Shown piece by piece: positions 48,201 through 59,609 of a stretch of DNA of 64,000 nt. Within the stretch, counting starts at the first letter, position 1, and every line of letters begins with the position of its first letter. The DNA comes from Hydrolagus colliei (Eukaryota), in NCBI GenBank assembly GCA_035084275.1, contig CM068771.1, positions 5,084,001 through 5,148,000 on the forward strand, written 5' to 3'. The notes below the pieces were generated by a model. The model saw only the letters and a program-made list of their open reading frames with translations. It was not told where the DNA came from and did no database searches. The position numbers and the translations under genes were made by a program.

Positions 48201-51200
48201 TTACATGGACTTTCAAAAGGCATTTGACAAAGTGCCACATGAGAGACTTATTATGAAATTAAAGGCCCATGGCGTAAAAGGGACAGTGGCAGCGTGGATC
48301 CACAACTGGCTGCGAGACAGAAAGCAGAGAGTTGTAGTGAGCGGCTGTTTTTCAGATTGGAGGGAAGTGAGCAGTGGTGTGCCACCGGGATCGGTTTTGG
48401 GACCATTGCTGTTTGTAATCTACATCAATGATCTGGACTTGGGTGTACGGAGTACAGTTTCCAAGTTTGCAGATGACACTAAGTTAGGGAGAATAGTAAA
48501 CAGTGAGGAGGATAGTAGCCATCTGCAAGAGGATATAGACAAATTGGTAAAGTGGGCAGACACATGGCAGATGAAGTTTAATGCAGAGAAGTGTGAGGTG
48601 ATGCATTTTGGGAGAAGAAATGAAGGGAGGCAATATAGGCTAGATAGTACAATTTTAAATGGTGTAAAGGAACAGAGAGACCTGGGGATTTGTGTTAGTG
48701 ACTCGTTGAAGGTGGCAGGACAGGTAGACAAGGCTGTTAAGAAGGCATATGGGATACTAGGCTTTATAAATAGGGGTATAGAGTACAAAAGTCAGGAAGT
48801 GCTGACTAACCTCTATAGGACTTTGGTGAGGCCTCAGCTGGAATACTGTGTTCAATTCTGGTCACCACACTACAGAAAGGATGTGAAGGCATTGGAAAGG
48901 GTACAAAGAAGATTTACTAGGATGGTGCCCGGATTGAGGGACTTCAGCTATGAGGAGAGGCTAGATAGGCTAGGGTTATTCTCTCTGGAGCAGAGAAGAT
49001 TGAGGGGAGACCTAATAGAGGTTTATAAGATCATGAGGGGTTTCGACAGGGCAAATAGAGAAAAACTATTTCCACTCGTGGGTGAATCTGTGACTCGTGG
49101 TCACAGATTTAAAATAGTTTCAAGGCGCAGTAGAGGGGAGCTGAGGAGAAATTTTTTCACTCAGCGAGTTGTTCGAATCTGGAATGCATTGCCTGAAAAG
49201 GTGGTGGAGGCTGATTCGATAACAACTTTTAAAAGGGAATTAGATCTTTATTTAGGGAGAACAGGTCTATTAGGCTATGGGGAGCGGGCAGGGCAGTGGG
49301 ATTGAATCGCTCTTTTCAAAGAGCCGGCACAGACTAGATGGGCCGAATGGCCTCCTTTTGTGCCGTAAAATTCTATGATTCTATGATTCTATGATTCTAT
49401 GATTCTATGACTGTGGGATGGAAGGTGGGGACAGAGAGGCTGAAGGTCTGACCACCAATGGTGGAGTGGGCTGGGCAGAGGATGTGAAGCAGCTCAGAGC
49501 CTGCCAAGCGGAGGGAGTGAACAGATGCGGGGTCACAGAGGTATGGAGGAGGAAGGCTTTTGAGGGTCTTTGAGGGCAAGGATTTTGAACTCCGTCCTCT
49601 GGGAGTTGGGAGCCAGTGGAGCCTGGTGAAGGTTGGGAGTGATAAGAGTCGCCGAGCACAGTAAGTGAAAGGACACGAGCTGCAGAGTTCTGAATGTCAA
49701 GTAAGAAAACTTGACAAAGGATTTCCTTATCAGCTCAGACACTGTGATACTCTTTTAAGACTAATTACATCTTCAAGATGACTCAGTATGCTTCACAGTG
49801 TACATTATCAAGATAATTGACTCAATAAGATAAAACTGAAGTCCCCCAATCCTGATATAATGGTACAGAGAAGATTTACAAGAAGTATTCCAGGGATAAG
49901 GGATTTCAGTTGTCTGAAGTAAATTTTGTGGGCGAAATTGCGCAGAGTAATGATCCACAAACAGTCATGGATTGAGCGACCATAGTGGCATATATGGAGT
50001 AAGGAAACCTGTCCACAATGTTGCTCTGCGAGTGCTCTATCCACTGGGCTACTGCAGATATCTTGTACTTACACAGTGTGAAGCAACATATCAACACTGC
50101 AGCAATTACGACACAGATGATAATCGTAGGGAGAAGAACTTTTTGTAAGTCTTCATTCAGACTGCATCCTTTATCTGCAAGCAAAGACATTAATACATAG
50201 TCAAAATATTACAGATAATAATAGTCCTTCCATTTGGCCTTAACGCAACCGCAATAAATGACATTTACACAGCAACTTTCATGTTAGGAGGGCATCCCAA
50301 AGTGCAGGACAGTGAGTTATTCGGTCCAGAGCTGGGGTTGGATAAAGGATGAGAAGGTCACAGAGATGGGGAGGAGCATTGAAGGGAATTTGATGAATGG
50401 GGGGGCCTGCGGAGCTGGGTGGGGTGATGATAGAATCATAGTATTTTACAAAAGGGGACCATTTGGCCCATCTTTGAGAAGAGCTGTCGAAACCAATCCC
50501 ACTCAACCACTCTCTCCCCATAGTCCCTGAAACAGGGAAAAGGTGGGCAGGTTGATAAGCCGAGCCATATTTGTGATAAAAGCATAGATTGCATTGCCTG
50601 AAAAGGTGGCGGAGGCCGATTCGATAACAACTTTTAAAAGAGAGGTAGACATATATTTTGGGAGGACGGGTTTGCGCGGTGATGGGGAGAGAGAGAGCCG
50701 GGGAGTGGGATTGAGTTGCCCCTTCCAAAGAGCCGGAACAGACTCGATGGGCCAAATGGCCTCCTTTTGTGCCGTAAGATTCAACGATTCTATGAAGGAC
50801 TAGGCTGCCTGAGGGGAGAGGCAGAGCTGGGCGATGGCAGGTGGGGGGGAAGGCAGAGTGGGTCATGGGATGCATCACATAGTTGAGATGTCTCAAAGAT
50901 GTCTTCACAGAATACACAGTACAGAATATACTGTACAAGTGGAGCGACTGTGTGTATTCCACCTCTGCCTCGTGACGCTTTGGAATTGGGAAAAGATGCT
51001 ACGCAATAAAGCCGTCTGAGCTGTTACTTACCAGCTGCCTTCAGGACCCAGAGTGGTGGAGGGTTTGTGGAGGGGGTGGTGGAGGGGAGGCTGTGAATGG
51101 CCTTCTATTACGCATAGAAAAGCGAGGCACCATTTGACTAACAAATGGGTTCCTGTGTAATGCCTGGTAGACAGAGAGGTGTTTGTGTGGGAACAGCAAT

Positions 51201-54200
51201 ATCACTTCTCCCTGCTGAGAAACATTAGCCCAAATGTTCCCCACCGAGTCGAAACTCTGTGAACACAATTCTTGGGAGGGTTGGGAGTGAGTTGATATCT
51301 TGCCCATCCAGTCTAGCAAGTCATGGAGTAAGGAAACTTTTGTTTTGCGAGCGAGTTTTGACAGCCTTTTTTCGCTGTCAGTCACACACTCACCTATCAG
51401 TGGATCCGAACCCTTTTTTTTTCCGGGACGCAAAGTAACCACAACAAACAGGGCCTCGCGACCTTCAATTGTCTCAAAGCGCTTCACAGAATATACTGTA
51501 AAGTGAAGTGACTGTATATTTGTGGGCGAAACGCGGCAGCCGATTGCGCACGGCAGCATTCCCCCACACACAGTCGTGGATTGAAAACGACCAATTTTAT
51601 TATTGTATTTTATCGGGAGGAGAGATTATTTTTAGGCGTGTGGAGTAAGGAAAGTTGCCCAAGGTTTCGCCCTGACCTGCCTGGATTCGAACACAGGTCT
51701 CACGTTTGTAAGGCTCTCACCACTGAGTTCAATTGCAAGTCGAGCGCTCCGACCACTAAACTACAGGACTTTGGTTGAAACCTTTCATTCGAGACTTTGA
51801 GCTCACGGTCGGAAAATTCATCTTTCCCAACTGAAATGTTAAATAAACCCTTTCACATCAGAAATGGGGAGCCATTCACATAGTGCGTTCGGCCAATTCT
51901 GCACCAATTTTATGGAGTCAAACCTTCTCTGTTGCAGAAATTCATCAGAATTTCCAATCAGAAATTCACATAGCGCGTACGCAATAAAGCCTTCTGAGCT
52001 GTTACTTACCGGCTGCCTTCAGGACCCTGATCAACAATACTAAGGAAATCACGACGACCACAAGGTTACTGAGTGGAGCTACAACATCCCTTCCGACACG
52101 ATAGACTGTCAGAGAGAAGAAATAATAATCAGCATAATCCTTCTGTTTAATATCGGACCTCATTACATCGTTTTGATAGATCGATCGATCGATTGATTGA
52201 TTGATTGATTGATTGATGCCCTGGTTAACGAAGGCATGTGGAGCAAGGAAACTTGCCGAAGGCATTGCCCTGGCCGGGAATCAAACCCAGGTCCTCTGAT
52301 TCGCAAGGCGAGAGTGTTTTTACCCCCTGCGCTGCCGAAACACTCGTGCACGCATACATCACCTGACGGCTGGACTATGGAAACTCTCTCCTAGTCGGCC
52401 TCCCCAGCTCCTCCATTCACAGGCTGCAGGCCATCCAAAACTCTGCAGCCCGTGTACTATCCCGCACCCGCCTCCGCGACCACATAACCCCCACCCTCGC
52501 CCGTCTCCACTGGCTCCCCATCCTCCAGAGGATCGAGTTCAAGATCCTCGTCCTCACCTACAAGGCCTTACACGGCCTTGCCCCGCCCTATTTAACCCAT
52601 CTACTCTCCCCCTACACGCCCACCCGGACCCTCCGTTCAACAGGACTTGGCCTGCTCCAAGCCCCCCGCCCGAACCGCCCCACCATCGGAGGCCGGGCCT
52701 TCAGTTTCTCCGCTCCCACCCTATCCCTCAATCCCTCCGTTTCATCTCCTCCCTTTCCTCTTTCAAGGCCGGTTTGAAGACTTTCCTCTTCGATCGTGCC
52801 TTCTGTTCCACCCCGAACTCTTTTACCTCCCCTTCGTGTTTCACCCCTTCCCAAACACTCCCCTCCCAGCTCGGGTCACACGCCTCCTGTGCAGCGCCTT
52901 GGGACGTCCTCCCGACGTGAAAGGCGCTCTATAAATGTAATTTGTTGTTGTTGTTGTTGTTAATCACTATAATATATAGTGATCAACCGAGCATTTAACA
53001 TCGTGGTTAGTGCACTTGCCTCGAAACACGACAGCGTTTTTGTTGGATAATTAAAACAAACGTACTGTTATTTTTGTGCATGATGGAGAAATAGTGCGTG
53101 CAACACTTTTTGATGTCCAAGGTGGATATGGTGACCAAGATTATCAGGAAGGCCACAAACACCAGAGAAACCACTAATATTTCAGAAGGACCTGGGGGAA
53201 CAAGAGACAAAGCACTCGGTCATTCTTCAGAGTTCTTTGCAGAACCAGTAAAACAAAACACAAAATCAAACATTTCAGTCATTTTCAGTCCACGACTTTT
53301 GTGGGGGACGCTGCTGTGCGCAATTGGCTGCCGTGTTTCGCCCACAAATATGCAGTCAATCAATTCACTTTATAGTACATTCTGTGAAGCCGCTTTGAGA
53401 CGTCGGTAAGATGTGAAAAGCTGCTTTATCAAATGCAAGGATTATTATTATTATTATTATTTGTGTCGGAAAAATTTCTGTACAAATAGCACTCAAACAG
53501 AAGGTTTTATTTTCTCATCCATAAATGCATCTTTTTAAAAAATAAAATGCACATATTCAAATGTTACACGCACACGCACGCACGCATGCACGCATCTGTT
53601 TCCCTATCAGTAGGTAAACAGAGGAATGTCGAAGACCCATTTGTGTTACAAATCTGTTTTTACACTTGCACAACTGCTTTCTTGCTTCATACGTACAAAT
53701 ATAAAGAATTAATCACCTTGGCTGCTGGTGGGAGAGATTGCTGTGTGCAGTTCCCTGCTTACTTTCACCCACCAAAAAAACTCAGTCATTCAAATTTCGA
53801 ATATATTCTGTAAAGCGCTTTGAGCGTTCCCGATGAAAGGCACCATAATAATCCTTACGGAGAGCAGGAGAATTGACCGTATATTTGTGTTTTTCACGTC
53901 CTCTAGACCAGTGGCTTCTCAACCCTTTTCAGTAATGTACCCCCTTGTTAATTTTCAACATTATCGTGTACCCCCCACCCAACCACACACACACAGACAC
54001 ACACCACCCCACTCATTCCAATTGCATTTTATGACCAAGCTTTTCCTATATCACAAAATAACTAGCACATACACAACCAGGGGAATAACAATTAAATATA
54101 CAGTTTGGAAAACGCTAAATAAGAGAGCGAAATAAATCAATGTACCCCCCACCTGTACCCCGTGGAACTCATTTCGTACCCTCTGTACCCCTGGTTGAAA

Positions 54201-57200
54201 ACCGCTGATCTCGATGTCTCAAAGCGCTTCACAGAATATACTGTAAAGTGAATTGACTGTATTTTCGTGGGCGAAATGCGCACAGCAGCGTCCCACAAAC
54301 AGTCGTGGATTGAAAACGACCAATTTTTTTTTTTTTTTTTTGAAGGATTATTATTAGGTGTGTGTGTGTGTGTGTGTGTCTGTGTGTGTGTGGAGAGTAA
54401 GGAAACTTGCCCAAGATTTCACCCTGACCTGGATGGATTCGAAACACAGGTCCCACGCTTGTAAGGTGATTGCTCTAACCACTGAGCTACTGGATTAAAC
54501 AACATCACAACACACCCATTTGGTCATTGAATTTCTACTTACCCCAAACATTCAGTTGGAAAAATAATGCACAGAATAAAGCGATCAACGACAAGATGGA
54601 CAGAATATGGTGTCTGAAGAATATCTTCCCCTGGACTGTAATGCCTAGCAAAGCAATTTAGATTTGTTAGTTACATTTTCATTTCCTTAAAAAATTCGCT
54701 GTCAACTGTAAAATAATATTTCAACCACATAGCCCCAACTCAGCCAAAACCCTAGTCCACGCCTTCATCAACTCCCAACTCAACTGCTCCAATCCCATCT
54801 TCACTGATCTCCCCAGCTCCTCAGACAGATGCTATCTGAGGTACAACAACAACAATAACAACTTTGATTTATATATCGTCCTCCACTCCGGACGGTGTCT
54901 CAGAGTGCTTCACAATAACGGAACCTGGGGACGAGTCAGGGGTAGGGGGGGAGAAAGGTGACCAACGGCACGGTCAAAGGGAAAGGTCTTTAGCTGAGAC
55001 CTGAAACTGGGAAGAGAGGGGTGGAGAGGCGAAGGGAGTGAGGAAGGGAGTTCCAGAGCCTCGGGGCGTAGTGGCTGAAGACACGGCCACTGATGGTGGA
55101 GCGGAGGATTTGGGGGACATGGAGGATGCCAGACCCAGAGGAGCGAAGGCAATGAGATACTGTGTTTTGGAAGCGTATATATTGAAGGTATATTGGCCTT
55201 AGAGTGGGTGCAACGTAGATTCACCAGAATTAAACCAGGGTTAAATTACGAGGAAAGATTGTGTAAACTTGGCCCGTGTTTCATTTAGAAGGTTGAGTTT
55301 GATCTAATTGAGGTTTTCTAATCGATGAAGGGATTTGATCGGGTAGTTACAGAGAAACTATTCCATCTGGTGGGTGGTGGGCGGGAATCAAGAAAGAGGG
55401 GGGTGTTATCTTAACACGTAAAAGCCAGTTTTAACACAAAGGTCGTTGGTAATCTGGAACTTGCTCCCTCTCTCAAAAGTTTATGGATTATGGCTGGATC
55501 CATTCGCATTTTCAAGGCTGAGTTGGATCGATATTCGCGAGGTCAGGGTATTCCAAGGAATATGGAGTAATGGCAGATAAACAGAGTTGGGGTACAGATC
55601 AGCCATGATCTTAGACCAGTGGTTCCCAACCTCGGGTCCCGACCCAAAAATCAGGCTCGCGGGGCGTCCTCAGTAGGGTCGCGAAGGGTCATCAGAAATA
55701 TTTTTTTTTTCTCGCTGGAAAGTGCCCAAGGCGACACCGCCAACCAATTTGTGTGAGAGACCGTACTATTGAGTTAGAAACATAGAATAAATAGAATCTT
55801 ACGGCACAAAAGGAGGCCATTCGGCCCATCTAGTCAATGCTGGTTCTTTGAACAGAGCAACTGAATCCTAAACTCAATTTCCTCGTAGCTGAAATCCCTC
55901 ATTCCTGGTGCCATCCTAGTAAATCTCCTCTGCACCCTTTCCAATGCCTTAATATCCTTCCTAGAGTTCCACTGAGTCCACAAAAGAGACGGAGATATGG
56001 TCTTGCCTGAACTTCGCTTCAGTCGCTTCAGTCGCCCCCTAAGGGTCGGGAGGACCTGCTGCTGGCCAATTTAGGGTTTGCAGCAACAAAAAAGGATTGG
56101 GAACCACTGTCTTAGACAAAAGGAACGGCCTCAAGGCACTGAAAGGCCTCCGCATTTTCCGATCTTCACTAAGTTACACTACACACAAGTTAGTCGCAAA
56201 AGATTCCGAATTCTTCCTCTTCAATTGCGCCTTTGGTCACCCGCCTACCCCCCAGCCTCCCCGCCCTCCACCCTTCCTGATCCCAACCCCTAGCTTGAGT
56301 GCAGATGCCAGGACTGCCCAGGTCCTTGGGAACCGCTTCATAACATGAAGGTGAATGTAATTTTTCGTCGTTGTTGTTCAAACACTTACCGAACTCATCC
56401 TTGGTTGATTGATTGCAAAGGAATAGAATTGCAAAGATGGATATCAGTGCACACAACAGGGCGAAGGCTGATCCTGCAAGTGTGACCTTATGAGAAGCCG
56501 TCAGACCTTAAGCAGAGAGTAGTACGCACACAGTCATTCCAAACGAGCAACAGGACTCCACAACAACAGCAACAACTTTGATTTATATAGCGCCCTCCAC
56601 TGCGGACGGCGTATCAGAGCGCTTCACAATAAAGGATCCCGAGGCCAAGCCAGGGGGAGGGGGCGACAAAGGTGACCGAAGGTGCGGTTGAAAAGAAAGG
56701 TCTTTTGCCGAGATCTGAAACTAGGAAGAGAGCGGGGGATGGGGGGGTGGGGGGGAGGTGGGGGGGCGCGAGGCGAAGGGAGTGAGGAAGGGAGTTCCAG
56801 AGCCTTGGGGTGCAGTGGCTAAAGGTATGGCTGCCGATGGTGGAGTGGAGGATTCAGGTGGAACAAGGAGGAGGTCAGATCCGGAGGAGCGAAGGCAACG
56901 GGTGGTGTGTTGGGGAGAGAAGAGGTCAGAGAGATTTGGTAGGTGGGGTTGCAGAGGAGTGGAGAGACTCGAAAACAATAAATGACTCACCATAAATGAG
57001 GAGATTGTACGAGGTGTTTGTCTGTCCGAGTATGTTTCCCATGACACACGTGTAAATCCCACAATCCTCTTTTTGGGCCTCACCAATCACCAATGATCTG
57101 TTGTTGTCCATCAGCCAATGGCGTCGATCACCATCAAGCTGCCTTCCTTCTCTCATCCAGTAAGTATTTGTGGCTTCCCCCGTCAGCACCTTACAGCTCA

Positions 57201-59210
57201 GCTCAACATTGGTTCCCAAGTAACTCGAGTTTGGGACAATAAATGGTTTCGACAAAGGAACTGCGGTGGTGGGTTGGGTAGGGTTGGGTTGGGTTGGGTT
57301 GGGTTGGGTTGGGTTGGGTTGGTGAGCAAGTGATGGGAGATGGGAGGAGGTAAAACAGGCAAAAATTACTTATTATAGTAATCCTTGCATTTGATGGAGC
57401 GCTTTTCACGTCTTCTAGACGTCTCAAAGCACTTTGCAGAATAGACTGTAAAGTGAATTGACTGTATATTTTGTGGGCGAAACGCGGCAGCCATTTGCGC
57501 ACAGCAGCGTCCCCACAAATAATTGTGGATTGAAATGACCAATTAATGATAATATTTGGGGGGGGATGGATTATTACTAGGCATGTGTGCGTGTGTGCGT
57601 GTGCGTGTGCGTGTGTGCGTGTGGAGTAAGGAAACTTGCCCAAGGTTTCGCCCTGACCTGCCTGGGTTTGAAACGCAGGTCTCAGGCTCGTAAGGCGAGT
57701 GAGTGGCTCTAACCACTGAGCCTCAGGACATTGGGACTTGAACCTACAGCCGTCTGACTCAGCGGCGAGAGCGCGACCTCCGACCCGGGCCGACAACACA
57801 GAAAAGCTACTCACTGAAAACATCCAGGTGCACAGTCCTCTCCAAGCCATTTTCCAGATTGACTTTGATGTGGTACTTTCCGCTGTCACGAGTCTGTAGG
57901 TGTTTCAGCAGAATCGATCCGTGGGACCTGTCGAACTCGACACGGTTTTTGTACAGCTCGTTTACGGTGAGGGCCTGGCTCTCGATGTAGTAATCCAGGA
58001 TGGACAAGTTGATGTCCGCGTAGCTGAAAAACCACTGAACGACATTTTTGTTGATCAGCTCCTCCGTGGTGAAACCCGGCAGCCGAACCGAGTCGTTGAG
58101 CTTGGAAACCAGTCTCGTTTCGCTCTGCTTGCCCGCTGCGAATTGGGATCCGTCTGAAAGAAATGACAGCAACAACAACAACGGGAACAAACGTATGATT
58201 GGCCGGCGCTATTCCCGTCGGGAGCATGTCACGGGGGATTTGAAACGGTCTCAGTGAGTCAATCCACGGCTGTTTGTGGGGGGCGTGCTGCGGTGCGCAA
58301 TTGGCTGCCGCGTTTCGTTCTCCCGCAAATGTGCAGTCAGTTCACTTCACTGCAATATTCTGGGAAGCGCTTTGAGACGTCGATAAGACGTGAAAAGCGC
58401 CGTATCAAAATGCAAAGATTATTATTTTTATTATTATTATTGCTATTGTTATTATTATTATTATCTAGTGTTGTCAGGGTTGGAGGGCAGGGCGTGTTGG
58501 GGTAGGAGGGTGACCAACAACAACAACTTGGATTTACATTGCGCCCTCCCTCACTCCACGCCAGTTGACGTCTCAGAGCGTTTCACAATAACAGATCCTG
58601 GGCCCGAGCCAGAGGGGGGGGGGGGGGGGGTGGTGGGGGTGGGGGGGGTTGGGGGGGGTGCGGAGAAAGGGTGACCGAAGGCGTGTCTTCGAGACCTGAA
58701 ACTAGGAAGAGAGAGGGGGTGGGGGGGGAGGGGAGGGGAGGGGAGGGGAGGGGCGGCGAGGCGAGGCAAAGGGAGTGAGGAAGGGATTTCCAGAATTTCG
58801 GGGCGTAGTGGCTGAGGGCACCGATGGTGGAGCGGACGATTCGGGGGAGACACGGAGGTAGACCAGAACCGGAGGAGCGAAGGCTGTGTTGGGGAGAGAC
58901 ACCCACACACGTGATTCCTTGGGGGGGGGGGGGGGGGGGGGGGGAAAGCAGGGCCCATGTGCCATCAGTCAGTCGCCTTCAAGGCAGACAGGAATTAAAC
59001 CTCCCGACGTGAAAGGCGTTCTCTGAGTGTAATCTCGTTGTTCCTGTTATATCTCATAGCTCTAACTACGGCAGTGAAACATTTCGACCCTCCCGGGAAT
59101 CTCTCGCGAGCCGCGCGCACTGACCAGAATACGATGGGACTCACTCAGAGCTTACCTTGTGAAGAGAAGACAGCGAAAATCAGGAAGAGGAACGTCCCGG
59201 GGGAAGACAT
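45177..59210 (-). CDS. Gene C: more diverged IgV-IgC2-5TM paralog with longer tail, ~432 aa
   Basis: join(minus) 59210-59156, 58153-57815, 57260-56991, 56506-56390, 54644-54543, 53191-53066, 52105-52010, 50174-50073, 47080-47017, 45204-45177 = 1299 nt, open; last exon tentative. Confidence 0.8.
45383..45520. mobile_element. hAT Charlie-type MITE (138-bp deletion derivative)
   Basis: CAGTGGTTCCCAACC TIRs; TSD CTCTAACC/CGCTAACC. Confidence 0.82.
45799..46105. mobile_element. hAT Charlie-type MITE, same family
   Basis: Internal sequence shared with 55617-56109; degenerate left TIR. Confidence 0.75.
46137..46990 (-). mobile_element. Young L2 LINE 3' fragment
   Basis: ORF 46173-46991 [19 protein letters not shown]...LHWLP...[20 protein letters not shown]; tail gtgaaaggcgctctataaatg(ttg)n. 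Confidence 0.9.
47017..47080 (-). CDS. Gene C cytoplasmic exon ([21 protein letters not shown])
   Basis: cattacag acceptor, gtaagt donor; phase 1 in, phase 2 out. Confidence 0.65.
47571..49410 (+). mobile_element. CR1/L3 LINE, 5'-truncated, 570-aa open RT frame, inserted in an older L2
   Basis: ORF 47593-49305 with FADD but PPGS instead of PQGS; (TTCTATGA)n tail; near-identical to the 28.9-kb copy. Confidence 0.95.
50073..50174 (-). CDS. Gene C TM5 exon
   Basis: 102 nt; [34 protein letters not shown]; Cys at 4th codon as in A/B. Confidence 0.8.
51051..51939 (+). repeat. ~890-bp local duplicate of 41610-42509
   Basis: High identity by eye across unique and SINE sequence; flanked by 49-bp direct repeats. 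Confidence 0.9.
52010..52105 (-). CDS. Gene C TM4 exon
   Basis: 96 nt; [32 protein letters not shown]; gtaagt donor. Confidence 0.78.
52325..52960 (+). mobile_element. Young L2 LINE 3' fragment (inverted near-copy of 46137-46780)
   Basis: Same sequence in opposite orientation. Confidence 0.9.
53066..53191 (-). CDS. Gene C TM3 exon
   Basis: 126 nt; [42 protein letters not shown]. Confidence 0.8.
53909..54207. mobile_element. hAT Charlie-type MITE
   Basis: CAGTGGCTTCTCAACC...GGTTGAAAACCGCTG; left flank CTCTAGAC. Confidence 0.7.
54208..54490 (-). mobile_element. SINE2 copy with hAT MITE inserted in its tail
   Basis: Family consensus; tail continues at ~53850-53908. Confidence 0.82.
54543..54644 (-). 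CDS. Gene C TM2 exon
   Basis: 102 nt (same as A/B TM2); [34 protein letters not shown]; gtaagt donor. Confidence 0.78.
55617..56109. mobile_element. hAT Charlie-type MITE inserted in a CR1 3' end and carrying a CR1 tail fragment
   Basis: Perfect TSD TCTTAGAC (55609-16 and 56110-17); TIR CAGTGGTTCCCAA. Confidence 0.88.
56390..56506 (-). CDS. Gene C TM1 exon
   Basis: 117 nt; [39 protein letters not shown]; HKxTL motif as in A. Confidence 0.82.
56991..57260 (-). CDS. Gene C IgC2 exon
   Basis: 270 nt; VELSC...TYWMREG...[24 protein letters not shown]. Confidence 0.92.
57365..57722 (-). mobile_element. SINE2 copy in gene C V-C2 intron
   Basis: Family consensus. Confidence 0.85.
57815..58153 (-). 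CDS. Gene C IgV exon
   Basis: 339 nt; SVRLPGF...VVQWFF...[27 protein letters not shown]. Confidence 0.92.
59156..59210 (-). CDS. Gene C exon 1, signal peptide [18 protein letters not shown]
   Basis: ATG, hydrophobic core, CAAG|gtaagc donor, phase 1; ends Q-G like the A/B leader. Confidence 0.78.
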
Positions 59211-59236
59211 CAAAAACTCAAATTCGGATTTGTTAA

Positions 59237-59340
59237 TGAGCGAGTGAGCGAAGTGAGCGAAGTGAGCGAGTGAGCGAGTGAGCGAGTGAGCGAGTGAGCG
59301 AGTGAGTGAGTGAGACTGAGACTGAGACTGAGACTGAGAC
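59237..59340. repeat. (GAGTGAGC)n followed by (GAGACT)n upstream of gene C ATG
   Basis: Direct reading. Confidence 0.85.
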
Positions 59341-59609
59341 TCGGGCGTGAACTGAAACCTTCTGGTTTCTCTGCTGGCTTATTCAGTTGTGCTTATTCAT
59401 TCCAGGCGGGGAATGATTAGTCGACTGAAAATCAGGAAGTGCTTATTCATTCAACTACTTCAGGATTTTCCTCTGAGATCAAGGATTGGGCAATTATTTC
59501 TGCTGCCTCCATGTGGCTCTGAGTAAGAATCACTGAGTAAGAATGCGTTGGATGCAGAGCCTCATCGTGTCTTTGAGTCAGTGCCACAATGCACCGTGGA
59601 GTTTCCTGT

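Noticed and set aside
49808-49915. Hydrophobic segment [23 protein letters not shown] as a sixth TM
   Set aside because: Phase incompatible with the TM5 donor, no donor, and abuts a truncated SINE.
2717-59210. Assigning the gene symbol CD47, CD2, SLAMF or HEPACAM
   Set aside because: Architecture is hybrid and no sequence-level match is recognised; needs a database search.
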